A stretch of 64,000 nt of DNA from Gammaproteobacteria bacterium. Lineage in GTDB: Bacteria; Pseudomonadota; Gammaproteobacteria; Eutrophobiales; Eutrophobiaceae. Under the pieces are notes generated by a model, which was not told the origin of the DNA, searched no databases, and saw only the letters and a program-made list of their open reading frames with translations. Below are positions 9,380 to 19,965 of this stretch, in pieces (position 1 is the first letter of the stretch; every line of letters begins with the position of its first letter). The position numbers were made by a program, and so were the translations under genes. The stretch lies in NCBI GenBank assembly GCA_965222155.1, contig CBDCTH010000004.1:448001-512000 (forward strand), given 5' to 3'.

Positions 9380-10663
9380 TTACATTGATTTACAACAGAC
9401 GATCTTTCCGTTTTGGATCACCAGTTCGGGATAGACCAGGTTCTTGATGTCTTTCAGAGGGTCGGCGTTGAGCAGGATGAGGTCGGCGCGCTTGCCGGCG
9501 GTGATGCTTCCCAGTTGGTCGTCGAGGCCCATGGCTTGTGCTGCGCGCAGGGTTGCTGCCTGGATGATTTCCGGGTTGGACATGCCTGCCGTCCGCAGGG
9601 CCTGCAATTCCTGCAGGTAGAGCAGGTCGATGGTTTCGAGGTCTTTTACGTTGGAGTCCGTCCCGACGGCGAAGCGCACCCCGGCTTCTCTCATCTCGCG
9701 GAACTGGGCCATCATCGTCTCATAAGTATGTCCCAGATTTTCGGATAACCACTCGGCGCTCTGCTTCTCCGCATTGGCGGCGTATTCGCCCTTCAGCTCC
9801 CGGAGATGAAAACCCAGGGTGGGAATGACGTAGACTCCTTTTTCCGCCATGGCGTTGATCACGTCGGTACCGCCATAGGGATACATGTGTTCGGTGCTGT
9901 CCACGCCGGACTCGACCGCAATGCGGCCGAACTGTTTGTCAAGGTCGTGGGTCCCGCCGATGTGGGCGGTGACCCGCAGGTGGTAGATATGGGCCTCCTC
10001 GACCACTGCGACCATTTCTTCCCTGGTCAGGAATGGGGAGACTTTTATCAGGTCCGCTTCCAGTTTGAGCGCTTCCCTCACCCGTTCCCGCATCCCCCAG
10101 GGGCCGCTGCCTTCCACCGCCCAGAGGGGAGGATGCAAGGGTTGAAATTCCGTGCCATGACCGCCGGTGACGGTAATGATGGGGCCGGATGTATAGTAGC
10201 GCGCGCCACCCATCAGGCCTGCGCGCTGGGTGCGTTTCAATGAATACCCGATCCGGTCCCGGGCGCCGACATCGCGCACCGTTGTGACGCCAATCTCCTG
10301 GTATCGTTCAAGGAACCTCTCCGAACGGATCGCGTTGACGATATCGTCATCCAGGCGCCTGGGGCCGGGCAGGATAAAGGTAACGTGAACGTGCAGGTCG
10401 AACAGTCCCGGCAGGATCCATTTCCCCTCAGCGGAGATACGCTCTACGTCATCCCCAGCGTTTGCCGCCGCGCCGATGCTATGTATCCGCTCTCCTTCAA
10501 TCAGGATCCCCGGATTTTCCCCGGGCTGCGCGCCGGTCCCGTCAACCAGCGTACCCCCCTCGATAAACAACCGCGCAGGACTTGCGGCCACTTCCGCCCT
10601 TGCCGCGAAAACGTTGCATACCGTCAGCAGGCACAATACTGTAATAACGGTAATTTCTCTCAT
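9380..10663 (-). CDS. Metal-dependent amidohydrolase with N-terminal signal peptide
   Basis: PGLFDLHVH, GVTTVRD, AH, EH, GTD, G.I..GK.AD motifs; hydrophobic N-terminus ending ARA. Confidence 0.85.
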   Translation of the reverse strand: MREITVITVLCLLTVCNVFAARAEVAASPARLFIEGGTLVDGTGAQPGENPGILIEGERIHSIGAAANAGDDVERISAEGKWILPGLFDLHVHVTFILPGPRRLDDDIVNAIRSERFLERYQEIGVTTVRDVGARDRIGYSLKRTQRAGLMGGARYYTSGPIITVTGGHGTEFQPLHPPLWAVEGSGPWGMRERVREALKLEADLIKVSPFLTREEMVAVVEEAHIYHLRVTAHIGGTHDLDKQFGRIAVESGVDSTEHMYPYGGTDVINAMAEKGVYVIPTLGFHLRELKGEYAANAEKQSAEWLSENLGHTYETMMAQFREMREAGVRFAVGTDSNVKDLETIDLLYLQELQALRTAGMSNPEIIQAATLRAAQAMGLDDQLGSITAGKRADLILLNADPLKDIKNLVYPELVIQNGKIVCCKSM

Positions 10664-11120
10664 ATATCAGTCACCCGGCAGTTCATCAATATTATTCTGG
10701 TGGTCAAGTTATTTGAATCAATCGAGTCTGACCCCATGGATACTATCCAATTCATGGGTGTCCCAAATTTGGCTCGCCAAACCGGGCTTGACCCGGCATC
10801 CAGTCAGATAACCTGTCGCTGAAGATTGTGTCTTGTTTTACCGGATAGCTCATGATCAATGCAGGAGTGCTGTACTCCTGGCCTGTAAGTATTATGTCAG
10901 ATGTTGTTCCGGAACATTGCGAAGAATTTGTTTCCGGCATTCGGGTTTCAGATCGTTTCGGTACAACCCCACCCCGCCTCCGGCCCCGGCTGATTAATGG
11001 GGTCAGACTCGATTGATTTAGCTCATTAGATACCTGCCCCTGCTCAACAGCATACAGGGGTAAACTTGCGCAAATGGCGGAAAATCAATCGAGTCTGACC
11101 CCGTTGATTTCAGCAGGCGC

Positions 11121-13292
11121 TTACTTGAAGTTCAGCCGGATTGTTCCCCCAAACCAGCGGGGTGGATTGTACACGCCCTGTCGGAAGCGAAAACCGGGAA
11201 ACGGGTCCGCTTTGATCAGGTTTGTTTCATCCGTGAAGTTCTGTGCGAAGAAACTTGCCTCCCACTTGCCGTTGTCAGGACGGTATGTCACACGTGCATT
11301 GGTCACGAAATGCTCGCCGAGCCTGGAGGAAGGATCATTGAAGTTAGTCCGGTAGCTGTCGTCCTGCCAGAGAAAGTCCCACAGCAGGGTCACGGTGCCG
11401 TCGAAAGCCGGTTGTGTATAACGCGCTGCCCCGTTGAACGCGACCTTGGGCGAGAACCCCAGGTCTACATCCCTGGTGATTACCCCGTTGTTTATGTCCT
11501 TGAGCTTAGTCTCAAGCAGGGAGATGCCCAATGAAAGCTCGAGAGGGTCTGAGGGGTAAACCTTTATCTCGATCTCGGCGCCGTAGTTCTCCGCGTCGGC
11601 GTTTCTCACCGAGCCGCTCAACCCTACCCAGTTGAATGCCTGAAAATCGCTGTAATCGTAATAGAAGGCGGATGTGTTCACCCGCGCCCGCCGGTCGAAG
11701 ATATCGATCTTGAAACCCGCCTCATAAGACCACAGGGTTTCGTCCTCGAACTGGACGTCGGCAGGTGTCGGAACATCGTAAAAGCCGTTATTGAAGCCGC
11801 CGGCTTTCGTTCCTCTGGAAACCTTTGCGTATATCAGCCAATTCTCGACGGGTTTATAGTGGAGTTCAAGGTTTGCCGATATCAGATCATCGTTCCGGTT
11901 GACCAGATCGCCGACGTTTTCTTCGACAAAATTGCCTGCCGCGTTGCGAAACGCGTAGGCGAATGTATTGATCGCTTCATATCTCTTGTCGTCGTTGGTA
12001 TACCTGACCCCGGCCAGGACTGCCATTTGCGGCGTGATGTCGTATTCGATGTGGCCGAAGATAGACCACGACTCCAGGTCCAGTTGCCACGGGGCATCCA
12101 GAAATCCCGGCAGGCCGAAAAATCCGGCGGTGGGATGCGCCTCCGCATCCTGGTTCAGGTAAAAGAAACCCGCGGTCCAGCGCATATTCCCGGTCTCCTG
12201 GTAGAGCCTGCCTTCCTGGGTCCAGATCTCATGATCCACGGGAAACCCGGCCGTGCACAGGTTATTGGGCGAACCGTCGCAGTCCTCCAGGTTATCGCGG
12301 GTTACCCAGGCATAGCCGGTGAGTGAGGTCAGGGTGATGTTATTGGGCATGTCCCAGTCCACCCTGATCAACCAGTTCAATACCTCGGATTCCACCTCCT
12401 GGGGATTGTCGGTCCATACGGTGCGCGGCGCTTCCGCGCCCACATCGCGTTCGTTGAACCCGAACGTATCGACCCCGTCCAGGTCCAGGTGTTGCAGCCC
12501 GGTTGCCGGATCGAGGAAGGCAATTTCATGGTCGGTATACAAGGGGATAACGTTGATGTCGCCGTACTGGACCTTGGCCAGTATCTCCAGGTCATCGTTC
12601 GGCGTATACAGGAATTGGACCCGCCCTGTCTTGGTGCCGTAATCCGTGCCGTCCTTGAATTCGGGGTTAAGATTCTTCACGTAGCCGTCGCCTTCGTGGA
12701 ACAGGAGTGAGGCGCGTACTGCCAGGTTTTCGGTGGCAGGTGCGTTGATCATTCCTTCAATCCGCACTTCGTCGTAGGATGCATAGGTGGCGTCAATGTA
12801 GCCCTCGGCTTCCCGCGTCGGTTTCTTGGTGATGAAATGGATGAGTCCGCCGGTGGTATTTCTTCCGAACAGGGTCCCCTGCGGCCCGCGCAGCACTTCC
12901 ACCCGCTCCAGGTCGTACAGTGCGAAATCCAGCCCGGCCGGCGGTAGCATGTAGAACTCGTCGATATACCCGGTGACCGGGGATTCATGGGCGTCGCCGA
13001 AATCGCTCAGGCCGATACCCCTGATATAAGTATAAGAGTTGGCGCCCCGGCCCTGTGTCGAGAAGTTATACACGCTTGGAACCTGTGCGACCACGTCCGT
13101 GCTGGAGACGAAGCGGAAATCCCTGATTTGCCCGCTGTCCAGCGCGGTGATAGAGATGCCGACATCCTGCAGGCTCTGCTCTCTTTTTTGTGCTGTGACG
13201 ACGACTTCTTCCAGTACCGTAGCGGCAAATACAGGAACAAGAGTTGCTATAAAGCTGATAAGAATAGACAGCCGGATGAGTGACCTTTTCAT
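11121..13292 (-). CDS. TonB-dependent outer-membrane receptor
   Basis: Signal peptide, LEEVVVTAQKRE, VEVLRGPQGTLFGRN plug motif, C-terminal beta-signal. Confidence 0.93.
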   Translation of the reverse strand: MKRSLIRLSILISFIATLVPVFAATVLEEVVVTAQKREQSLQDVGISITALDSGQIRDFRFVSSTDVVAQVPSVYNFSTQGRGANSYTYIRGIGLSDFGDAHESPVTGYIDEFYMLPPAGLDFALYDLERVEVLRGPQGTLFGRNTTGGLIHFITKKPTREAEGYIDATYASYDEVRIEGMINAPATENLAVRASLLFHEGDGYVKNLNPEFKDGTDYGTKTGRVQFLYTPNDDLEILAKVQYGDINVIPLYTDHEIAFLDPATGLQHLDLDGVDTFGFNERDVGAEAPRTVWTDNPQEVESEVLNWLIRVDWDMPNNITLTSLTGYAWVTRDNLEDCDGSPNNLCTAGFPVDHEIWTQEGRLYQETGNMRWTAGFFYLNQDAEAHPTAGFFGLPGFLDAPWQLDLESWSIFGHIEYDITPQMAVLAGVRYTNDDKRYEAINTFAYAFRNAAGNFVEENVGDLVNRNDDLISANLELHYKPVENWLIYAKVSRGTKAGGFNNGFYDVPTPADVQFEDETLWSYEAGFKIDIFDRRARVNTSAFYYDYSDFQAFNWVGLSGSVRNADAENYGAEIEIKVYPSDPLELSLGISLLETKLKDINNGVITRDVDLGFSPKVAFNGAARYTQPAFDGTVTLLWDFLWQDDSYRTNFNDPSSRLGEHFVTNARVTYRPDNGKWEASFFAQNFTDETNLIKADPFPGFRFRQGVYNPPRWFGGTIRLNFK

Positions 13293-13469
13293 GCGCTTAC
13301 CCCCAATTTTCCCATAATTAGTATAGAGAGAACGCGGGTCAAATAGTAATCAGAATAATGAATAGAGGAATATAATCCGAGCTTATCTACAACGCCCGGG
13401 TATCCAAACATAACGCTATCTTTGTATAATGAGAAAGCGTTCACCGGGCGCTGCTTTATGGGTAAGACT

Positions 13470-13688
13470 ATGGCTGATAAATACAAAACCTTTGCTGAGG
13501 AGTTTTATCTTGAGGAAGCCGGTTTTTTCCAGCGGCTGAAACGTGACATTCGTCTCTTAATCTCTCTCTGCATTACCATCGTTATGTGGGTCAAGGCCGG
13601 GAAGTTCAGGTCTGAATTTCGACGTTACCGGGCAGCAGGCAAGCGCTATTACGTCGACAAGTTTACGCCCCCCGAGGCAAGGAAATGA
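13470..13688 (+). CDS. Small (72 aa) single-TM hypothetical protein coupled to the downstream Fe-S gene
   Basis: ATG at 13470; hydrophobic LLISLCITIVMWV; ATGA overlap with 13685 start. Confidence 0.55.
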   Translation: MADKYKTFAEEFYLEEAGFFQRLKRDIRLLISLCITIVMWVKAGKFRSEFRRYRAAGKRYYVDKFTPPEARK

Positions 13689-14974
13689 AACTGCATGACA
13701 CGCCCACGGCGGAAAACCTGCCGGCATATCAGAAGCAGCCGATTTCCGGTAACAAGATTAACGGGCAGGGCGTGAAGGAAAAGGCGCGCCCCACGCGGGT
13801 ATTCCATGCCGTATGGAACAGGGAGTTGCCCTGGACCGGCATGAATGATTTTTTCCTGATGAACAATTCCTGGGCCATATTGATACAGGCCCTTAACCCG
13901 CATTTCTCACCAGTTCGCTTGTCGTCATCGGATAGTTGTTTGCTGTCAATACGTTATGACGATCTTCTCACTATATCGACATAACAGACTGCGCTTGATG
14001 TGCCCTCGCTTGTCTTTTTCCCGCCAGCGGGCACGTGTTCATTGCGCCCATCCCTGGGCGCAACCCTGCGGGCGGCTGTCGCCGTGCAAATTGTCTGTCC
14101 TGACAATTTGTCCCTCAACCAGAGCTACGGTTATGCTTTCGGTCGCAGGCACCCGCCGGCGGGAAAAATCCTGCGCGATCATCGCATCAACTGGTGAGAA
14201 ATACGGGTTAAGAATCGGTGGTTATTGAGGCGTTGCGCAGGACCTGTCGCAACGCGCCGGGTCGAAGTCAGCGATCCGGATGATATGGCCCGGCAGTTAA
14301 AACAGAAGGCGCAGGAACTGGGCGCGGGAATTGTCGGGATTACCGAAATTGAGCCCAATGATCTCTATGATGATATGGAACCGAAGTACCGGTATGCCAT
14401 CTGTATCGGCATCCCCATGCACCGGGAGGAGATGCAGCATGTCCCGCACGCCCGCGCCGGACTGGAGGTTCAGCGCGTCTACGGGGAGGTGGCCAGGGTA
14501 TCGATCGAACTGGCCGAATACATACGCGCCATGGGCTGGCCTGCCCACGCCTATGGCGACCCGCGCAGCACGGAAGCATTACAGATACCCATGGCAATCC
14601 GCGCCGGCCTCGGCCAGTTGGGCAAGCATGGTTCGATGATCTCCAAAGAGTATGGTTCCAACTTTCGTTTATCCGCGGTCGGCACGGACATCCCTCTCAG
14701 CCTGGACAGTCCCGTGGATATCGGGGTGGATGACCTGTGCCTCGGGTGCAGGCGCTGTACGATCGATTGCCCGCCCGATGCGATTAACGATGAGAAGCAG
14801 TGGGTGCGTGGAGAATACCGCTGGTATGTGGATTTCGATAAATGCGTGCCTTATTTCACTACGACTTTTGGCTGCGCGATCTGTATTGAAGTCTGCCCCT
14901 GGTCGGAGCCGGGCCGCGGGCCGAAACTGTCGCAGATGCTGTTAGCCAAGCGCAATACGAAAAGAACAAAATAG
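13685..14974 (+). pseudogene. Reductive-dehalogenase-like (RdhA/QueG superfamily) 2x[4Fe-4S] protein interrupted by a MITE
   Basis: CLGCRRCTIDCP and CAICIEVCP clusters; A..LGA..VGI and AGLG.LG..GS motifs. ORFs 13685 and 14225 share a frame and fuse (QAL-KNRWLLRR) after removing 315 bp. Confidence 0.8.
13896..14208. mobile_element. MITE, 313 bp, TIR acccgcatttctcaccagtt / aactggtgagaaatacgggt, TA target duplication
   Basis: 20-bp TIR with 1 mismatch; TA at 13894-5 and 14209-10 (also readable as a TTAA duplication around a 311-bp element). Confidence 0.88.
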
Positions 14975-15181
14975 CAGTAGCCCGGTTTCCTGATGAGAAA
15001 AGTCGTTCGTGCCAGCTCCTCGCGGTTCTTCAAGTCGCTGAACGACAATCCAAATATTCCGACTCTCCGGGGACGGATTTCAATCCGTCCCCTTATGCAA
15101 CAGACAGGCCGTGTATGATGCGCCGCGCTGGTTTGGCGGTTCGGTGCGCAGAAACTGGAATTAATTCAGGGATTCTCTGAA

Positions 15182-16975
15182 TCAGATCGCTCCAGCGTCC
15201 CGCAACGTGGCTGTCTGGGCCGTATCGACGGCGCCGGATTCATCAACCGCTACCCGGTATGTCTCCCGCGCACGCTGTGGCGATACCCAGCCGCGCTGCA
15301 CGTCGCGCGCAACCCGGCCCGGGTCACGCGTCCAGGGCGCGCCGTAACCGCCGCCGCCGCTGCAAATTGAAACAACGCGTTCGCCGGGTTTGACGGTGAC
15401 CTGTTCATAGGTCCCGAGTGGCCCGGACAGTTCCCCGTTGTTGTCACGGACGTACTGGCGCGCCAGTGAGCCGTTTTCTCCGCCGCGGACGCCGATGCCC
15501 GGATAGGTGGTGCCTTCGCTGAGCCACACGGCAGTCAGGTCGCAGTCCAGCGAGCCGAACTCGACCTGGGCGCTGGGCGCGCCGCAATGGCGTCCGGCGC
15601 CCTCGCTGTCGCGGACGATGAATTCGGAATGAATCAGTACCGGGTATTTCATTTCCAGTATTTCGATGCTGTCCCGGCGCAGGAACCCGGCGGCGCCGAT
15701 ACCGATGATCGTCAGCCAGCCGTCGGCAACGGGGCCGGCGGCGCCGCCTGTGAAGCCGAGCCATAGCTGGTTCACGAAAGGCCCGCGTCCGGGGCGTTTG
15801 TCTATGCCCGATATCACCGCCGTGGCTGCCGGCGAGGCCTTCCCGGTCGCCGCCATGCCGTAGCCCTCTCCCAGTTCGGCGATTGCGCGCACCACGGAAT
15901 TGGCAACCAGTTCGGACAGGTTGGTCGTCGCGACCGAGCAACTGTACGGGTGTACCGGGATGCCGACCACACAGTTTTCGCGCAGGTGCACGCGCAGGCG
16001 GCGAAAACTGCCGGCATTCGGCGGGACCACGGACCCGAGTCCGGTGAACACGCCCATCATTGCCGCCGTGCGCGCGGTAGATTCGGTCAGGTTCAGACCG
16101 CAGGGCTGGCAATCGGGGTTATCGGTCAGGTCCACCTCGATACGCGCCGCGTCACGGTCAACCTTGACGCGGGCATTCACCTCCAGCCCGTCGGGCAATG
16201 CGCCGGGGATGGGATCGTGCCAGGCGGAAGTCCTGGCTTCTCCTGACGGCAGACGCCGGATGGCGTCAAGCATCATTCGTTCGCTGTAATCGAACCATTC
16301 GCGGGGATAGGCGGCAAATTCTTCGCCGTCCATCTCCTGCAACAGGTCGAGCAGTTTCCGCTCACCGATCCTGGCCGCGCCCAGCAGGGCAAGGAAGTCG
16401 CCATGCCACAACTCGGGTACCCGGATCCGGACCTGCGCAATGCGCAGGACGTCTTCACGGTCCCGGTAATCTTCCTGTACCTTTACGCACGGGAAGATCA
16501 ACGCGCCTTCCTCGTAGACGTCCCTGGCGGCCGCGGAATAGGTCGTGGGGACCGCATTCCCGCAGTCGGCCAGGTGGGCCTTGGCGATGACCGTAAACCG
16601 ATGCCGGCCGGAATCATCCATGACAGGCACCAGTATAGTCCAGTCTGCGGCATGTGAATTTCCGTGGTAAGGCGAGTTGTGCAGGAAAGCATCGCCGCGC
16701 TTCAGTTCCGGGTTGAAGCGCGTCATCCATTGCGCCATCAGGTCCGGACCGCTCATGACATGGATCGGCAGGCTCTCGGCCATGGCCAGCATCTCGTGGT
16801 CGGCAGTCAGGATACAACAGGAGAAATCCCGCGCGGTATTCAGGATGGCGGACCGGGCGGTGCGTAACAGTGTATTGGTCATCGCCCGCACGATGCCGTC
16901 GAAACGGTTATTCAACAGGGCGAGCTTGTGTCCGTCCAGGGTATGTCCGGTGGCGCTCAATGTATTCATCAGCAA
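15182..16975 (-). CDS. Hydantoinase B/oxoprolinase family subunit
   Basis: RTARSAIL..ARDFS, NSPYHGNSHAAD, AH.AD.G, GGGGYG.P motifs. Confidence 0.92.
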   Translation of the reverse strand: MLMNTLSATGHTLDGHKLALLNNRFDGIVRAMTNTLLRTARSAILNTARDFSCCILTADHEMLAMAESLPIHVMSGPDLMAQWMTRFNPELKRGDAFLHNSPYHGNSHAADWTILVPVMDDSGRHRFTVIAKAHLADCGNAVPTTYSAAARDVYEEGALIFPCVKVQEDYRDREDVLRIAQVRIRVPELWHGDFLALLGAARIGERKLLDLLQEMDGEEFAAYPREWFDYSERMMLDAIRRLPSGEARTSAWHDPIPGALPDGLEVNARVKVDRDAARIEVDLTDNPDCQPCGLNLTESTARTAAMMGVFTGLGSVVPPNAGSFRRLRVHLRENCVVGIPVHPYSCSVATTNLSELVANSVVRAIAELGEGYGMAATGKASPAATAVISGIDKRPGRGPFVNQLWLGFTGGAAGPVADGWLTIIGIGAAGFLRRDSIEILEMKYPVLIHSEFIVRDSEGAGRHCGAPSAQVEFGSLDCDLTAVWLSEGTTYPGIGVRGGENGSLARQYVRDNNGELSGPLGTYEQVTVKPGERVVSICSGGGGYGAPWTRDPGRVARDVQRGWVSPQRARETYRVAVDESGAVDTAQTATLRDAGAI

Positions 16976-16982
16976 AACCTCG

Positions 16983-19070
16983 TTACTTCAATGGGTGGAT
17001 CAGCAGAGATTCGTTGGCAGTCAGCGAGACCTCCGATCCGGCGTCAACAACCAGTGTGGTTACCGGTGACTCCACTAGCAGCGGGCCGGCATAGCACCGC
17101 CCGGTTTCAAGGTCACGCACCTGGTAAACCGGGGTATCGACTGTTCCCAGGTCCGGGAAGTATGCCTTGCGCGTGCCGCTTACGCCGCTCCGGCCCGGCG
17201 CGGTAGGTGACTTTATCGCGTCCGGATCCTGCAGTGAGCAACTGACTCGCGCTACCCAGGTCAGTACTTCCACGTCCGAGGCCGTGTCGCGCACCGCGAA
17301 CAGCGCGTCATGGGTGTCGTGGAAGCTTTCGACCAGGGCAGTGACATCTTCAGCGGAGCTGAATTCCGGGCGCGCCAGCGGCACCTCGATCTCCCATACT
17401 TGTTCCTGATAGCGCGCTTCAACGGAGAAATTGATCTCGGAGCGTATCGAACCGGCGCCAGGGCCGTTACAGAATTCCCGGCACTGGGCGTTGAGTCCGT
17501 CCAGCACGGCATTGGCACGTTCACGGTCAAATACCCTGGCGGACATGAGTTCGGTCGCGGTAAAAGTGGCGCGCAGGTCCGACAACAGCGCCCCGGTCGC
17601 GCTGAGCGCGGCGGACGCACTGGGGATCAGCACCGGCCAGCAACCGAGTCGGCGGGCGATACCGGTGCAGTACAGACCGCCCCCGCCGCCGCCGCCGATG
17701 AGCAGGCCCTGGCGCGGGTCTATACCCTTGTTGAGGGTAATTTCCTCGATCGCGGTGACCATTCGTTCCGTTGCAAGGGTCAGGATTGCGGAGGCAGCTT
17801 CGTTCAGGTCAAGCCCCAGCGGCTCGGCAACCTGGCGCCGGATGGCGTTGACAGCCGGTTCGACGGTGACCTCGATTTCACCGCCCAGGAAGTATTGCGG
17901 GTCCAGGTAACCGAGTACCAGACACGCGTCGGTCACCGTCGGTTGTTCGCCGCCATGGGCGTAACATGCCGGTCCGGGGTGCGCGCCCGCACTCATGGGT
18001 CCGACGTGCAGCATGCCGCCTGAGTCGACCCAGGCGATGCTGCCCCCGCCGGCGCCGACGCTGCGCACGTCCACTGACGGGAAACCGGTCATGTAACCGG
18101 CCGTTTGATCGCCTACCATGGTCTCACGGGTGGTCGGGATCTCGCCGTCACGCAGCAGGCTGACGTCGAAGGTCGTGCCGCCGGCGTCGGTGACGATGGC
18201 GGTCATGCCGCCGCCGTCGAGCGCGGCAAAGTGTCGGCCTGCCACCGGCGCGCCTGCCGGGCCTGAGCCGATCGAATGGATAGGGGTTTCCGCAACGTGT
18301 TCGGCGTCCAGTACGCCGCCGGACGAAGTCATGATCAGCAATCGCCCCTGGAAGCCGTTTATCCTGAGTTCCTCTTCCAGGTGGCGGAAGAAACGGCTCA
18401 TCAACGGTTTCAGTGAGGCGTCAATGGCAGTCGATGAGGCGCGCCGGTACTCGCGTACCGACGGGTTGAGCCGGCTGGACAGGGTATAGGGTATGCCGGG
18501 CAGTTCCTGTTCCAGCAGTTCGCCGATACGGGTCTCATGCTCGTTGTTGATCATCGACCACAACAGGCATACGGCAACCGCTTCAACCCCTGTCTCGCGC
18601 AGGCGGGCCATCACTTCCAGCACCTGCTGCTCATCCAGTGCGGTGAGCGCCACGCCGCCGCCGGACAGACGTTCACGGATATCGAATGTCAGCGCCCGCG
18701 GGATATACGGCTCCGGATACTCCTGGCTGTAGTCGAACAGGGTGCGCCGTCCACCGCCTTCGCGCAACAGCAGGATGTCCGGGTGGCCCTCGGTGACCAG
18801 CAGTGCGGTGCGTGCGGTGCTGCTGGTGACGATCGCGTTGGTTGCCAGGGTCGTGCCGAACACGAACAGGTCGGTGCGCTCAAGCAGATCTGTTACGGAG
18901 CTGTTGAGGTCGGCTGCTGCTGCGCCCAGCGTGTCGAACAGACCGACTACCGGGTCGGACGGTGTAGTGGGACGTTTATACAAGCGCGCCGCGCCGCCGG
19001 CGCTGTTGACAACCAGGTCCGTAAAGGTGCCGCCGGTGTCGGCTGCTAACGTCAGGCGTGGCTCGTTCAT
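16983..19070 (-). CDS. Hydantoinase A/oxoprolinase family ATP-binding subunit
   Basis: DTGGTFTD, GTTLATNA, SGPAG, DAGGTTFD, GAGGGSIA, SAGA.PGPACY; start MNEPRL at 19070 (the upstream ATG at 19079 lies in a MITE TIR). Confidence 0.92.
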   Translation of the reverse strand: MNEPRLTLAADTGGTFTDLVVNSAGGAARLYKRPTTPSDPVVGLFDTLGAAAADLNSSVTDLLERTDLFVFGTTLATNAIVTSSTARTALLVTEGHPDILLLREGGGRRTLFDYSQEYPEPYIPRALTFDIRERLSGGGVALTALDEQQVLEVMARLRETGVEAVAVCLLWSMINNEHETRIGELLEQELPGIPYTLSSRLNPSVREYRRASSTAIDASLKPLMSRFFRHLEEELRINGFQGRLLIMTSSGGVLDAEHVAETPIHSIGSGPAGAPVAGRHFAALDGGGMTAIVTDAGGTTFDVSLLRDGEIPTTRETMVGDQTAGYMTGFPSVDVRSVGAGGGSIAWVDSGGMLHVGPMSAGAHPGPACYAHGGEQPTVTDACLVLGYLDPQYFLGGEIEVTVEPAVNAIRRQVAEPLGLDLNEAASAILTLATERMVTAIEEITLNKGIDPRQGLLIGGGGGGGLYCTGIARRLGCWPVLIPSASAALSATGALLSDLRATFTATELMSARVFDRERANAVLDGLNAQCREFCNGPGAGSIRSEINFSVEARYQEQVWEIEVPLARPEFSSAEDVTALVESFHDTHDALFAVRDTASDVEVLTWVARVSCSLQDPDAIKSPTAPGRSGVSGTRKAYFPDLGTVDTPVYQVRDLETGRCYAGPLLVESPVTTLVVDAGSEVSLTANESLLIHPLK

Positions 19071-19071
19071 A

Positions 19072-19231
19072 TCCCGCATATCTTACCAATGGGTGCGAGG
19101 ATCGCGCCGGATTTTTGCCGCCGGCGGGTGCCTGCGAGCGAAAGCATAGTCGTCTCTCTGGTTGAGTGAGCACGTGCCCGCCGGCGGTAAAAAGACCAGC
19201 GAGGACGTACCCATTGGTGAGATATGCGGGA
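19072..19231. mobile_element. MITE, 160 bp, same family as 13896-14208
   Basis: TIR tcccgcatatcttaccaatgggtgcg / cgtacccattggtgagatatgcggga; TA at 19070-1 and 19232-3; interior homologous (inverted) to ~14000-14180. Confidence 0.85.
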
Positions 19232-19236
19232 TACCA

Positions 19237-19965
19237 TCACAACTCAGCCTGGTGATGCAGGTGGAATTCGGGGATGACGGTGGCGGGGTCCTGGCGCAGG
19301 CAGAAGGCGACGGCGCGGGCGACTGCGTCGGGGTCCAGCCAGCCCCGCTCGGGGTCCCATTGCTCCGACTCCCGCGCCATGGGCGTTTCGGCGCGGCCCG
19401 GCGTGATCGCGGTAACCCGTATCGATGTTTCCTTGAGGTCCTGCGCCACGGAATGGGCGAGGCCGAGGATGCCCCATTTGCCGGCGCTGTAGGCGCAACT
19501 GTGCCGTGCGCCGCGCCGGCCGGCTATGGAAGAGATGAATATCAGTCGGCCGTCATCATGCTCCAGCATGCTCTGGCGCAACACTTCCCGGGTACACAGG
19601 AATTCCCCGCGCAGGTTGACGGCCATGAGACTGTCCCAGGTTTCTGTATCCGTCTCCCATACCGGCGCCACCAGCCGGATACCGGCGTTGTTCACCAGGG
19701 CATGAATTTGACCGAAAGTTTCGACCGTTTGCCCGACTGCGTTAATCACGTCATTCTCTGAGGTGACGCTCGCATGCAGCGGCAGGGTGGTTACGGCGTA
19801 GCGGTTTTGCAAATCTTCAAGCGCTGTTTCCAGCTCTCCTGCGCGAGTGTCCAGACCCGCGATCATCATGCCGGCGCGGGCAAGTTCCGAAGCGATGTGC
19901 AGGCCAAGACCGCGTGCGGCCCCGGTAACCAGCGCGACGCGCCCTGTGAGATCGATGTCATTCAT
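19237..19965 (-). CDS. SDR family oxidoreductase
   Basis: TGAARGLG, NNAG, YSAGK. Confidence 0.9.
   Translation of the reverse strand: MNDIDLTGRVALVTGAARGLGLHIASELARAGMMIAGLDTRAGELETALEDLQNRYAVTTLPLHASVTSENDVINAVGQTVETFGQIHALVNNAGIRLVAPVWETDTETWDSLMAVNLRGEFLCTREVLRQSMLEHDDGRLIFISSIAGRRGARHSCAYSAGKWGILGLAHSVAQDLKETSIRVTAITPGRAETPMARESEQWDPERGWLDPDAVARAVAFCLRQDPATVIPEFHLHHQAEL

Noticed and set aside
13293-13469. Cobalamin riboswitch upstream of the TonB receptor
   Set aside because: No recognisable B12-box or conserved helices; short AT-rich divergent promoter region
14225-14974. Stand-alone queG or an intact 249-aa gene
   Set aside because: It is the 3' part of a MITE-split ORF, and I do not see QueG-specific motifs
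14975-15060. Possible minus-strand gene remnant (LKNREELARTTFLIRKP)
   Set aside because: Too short to assign without a search
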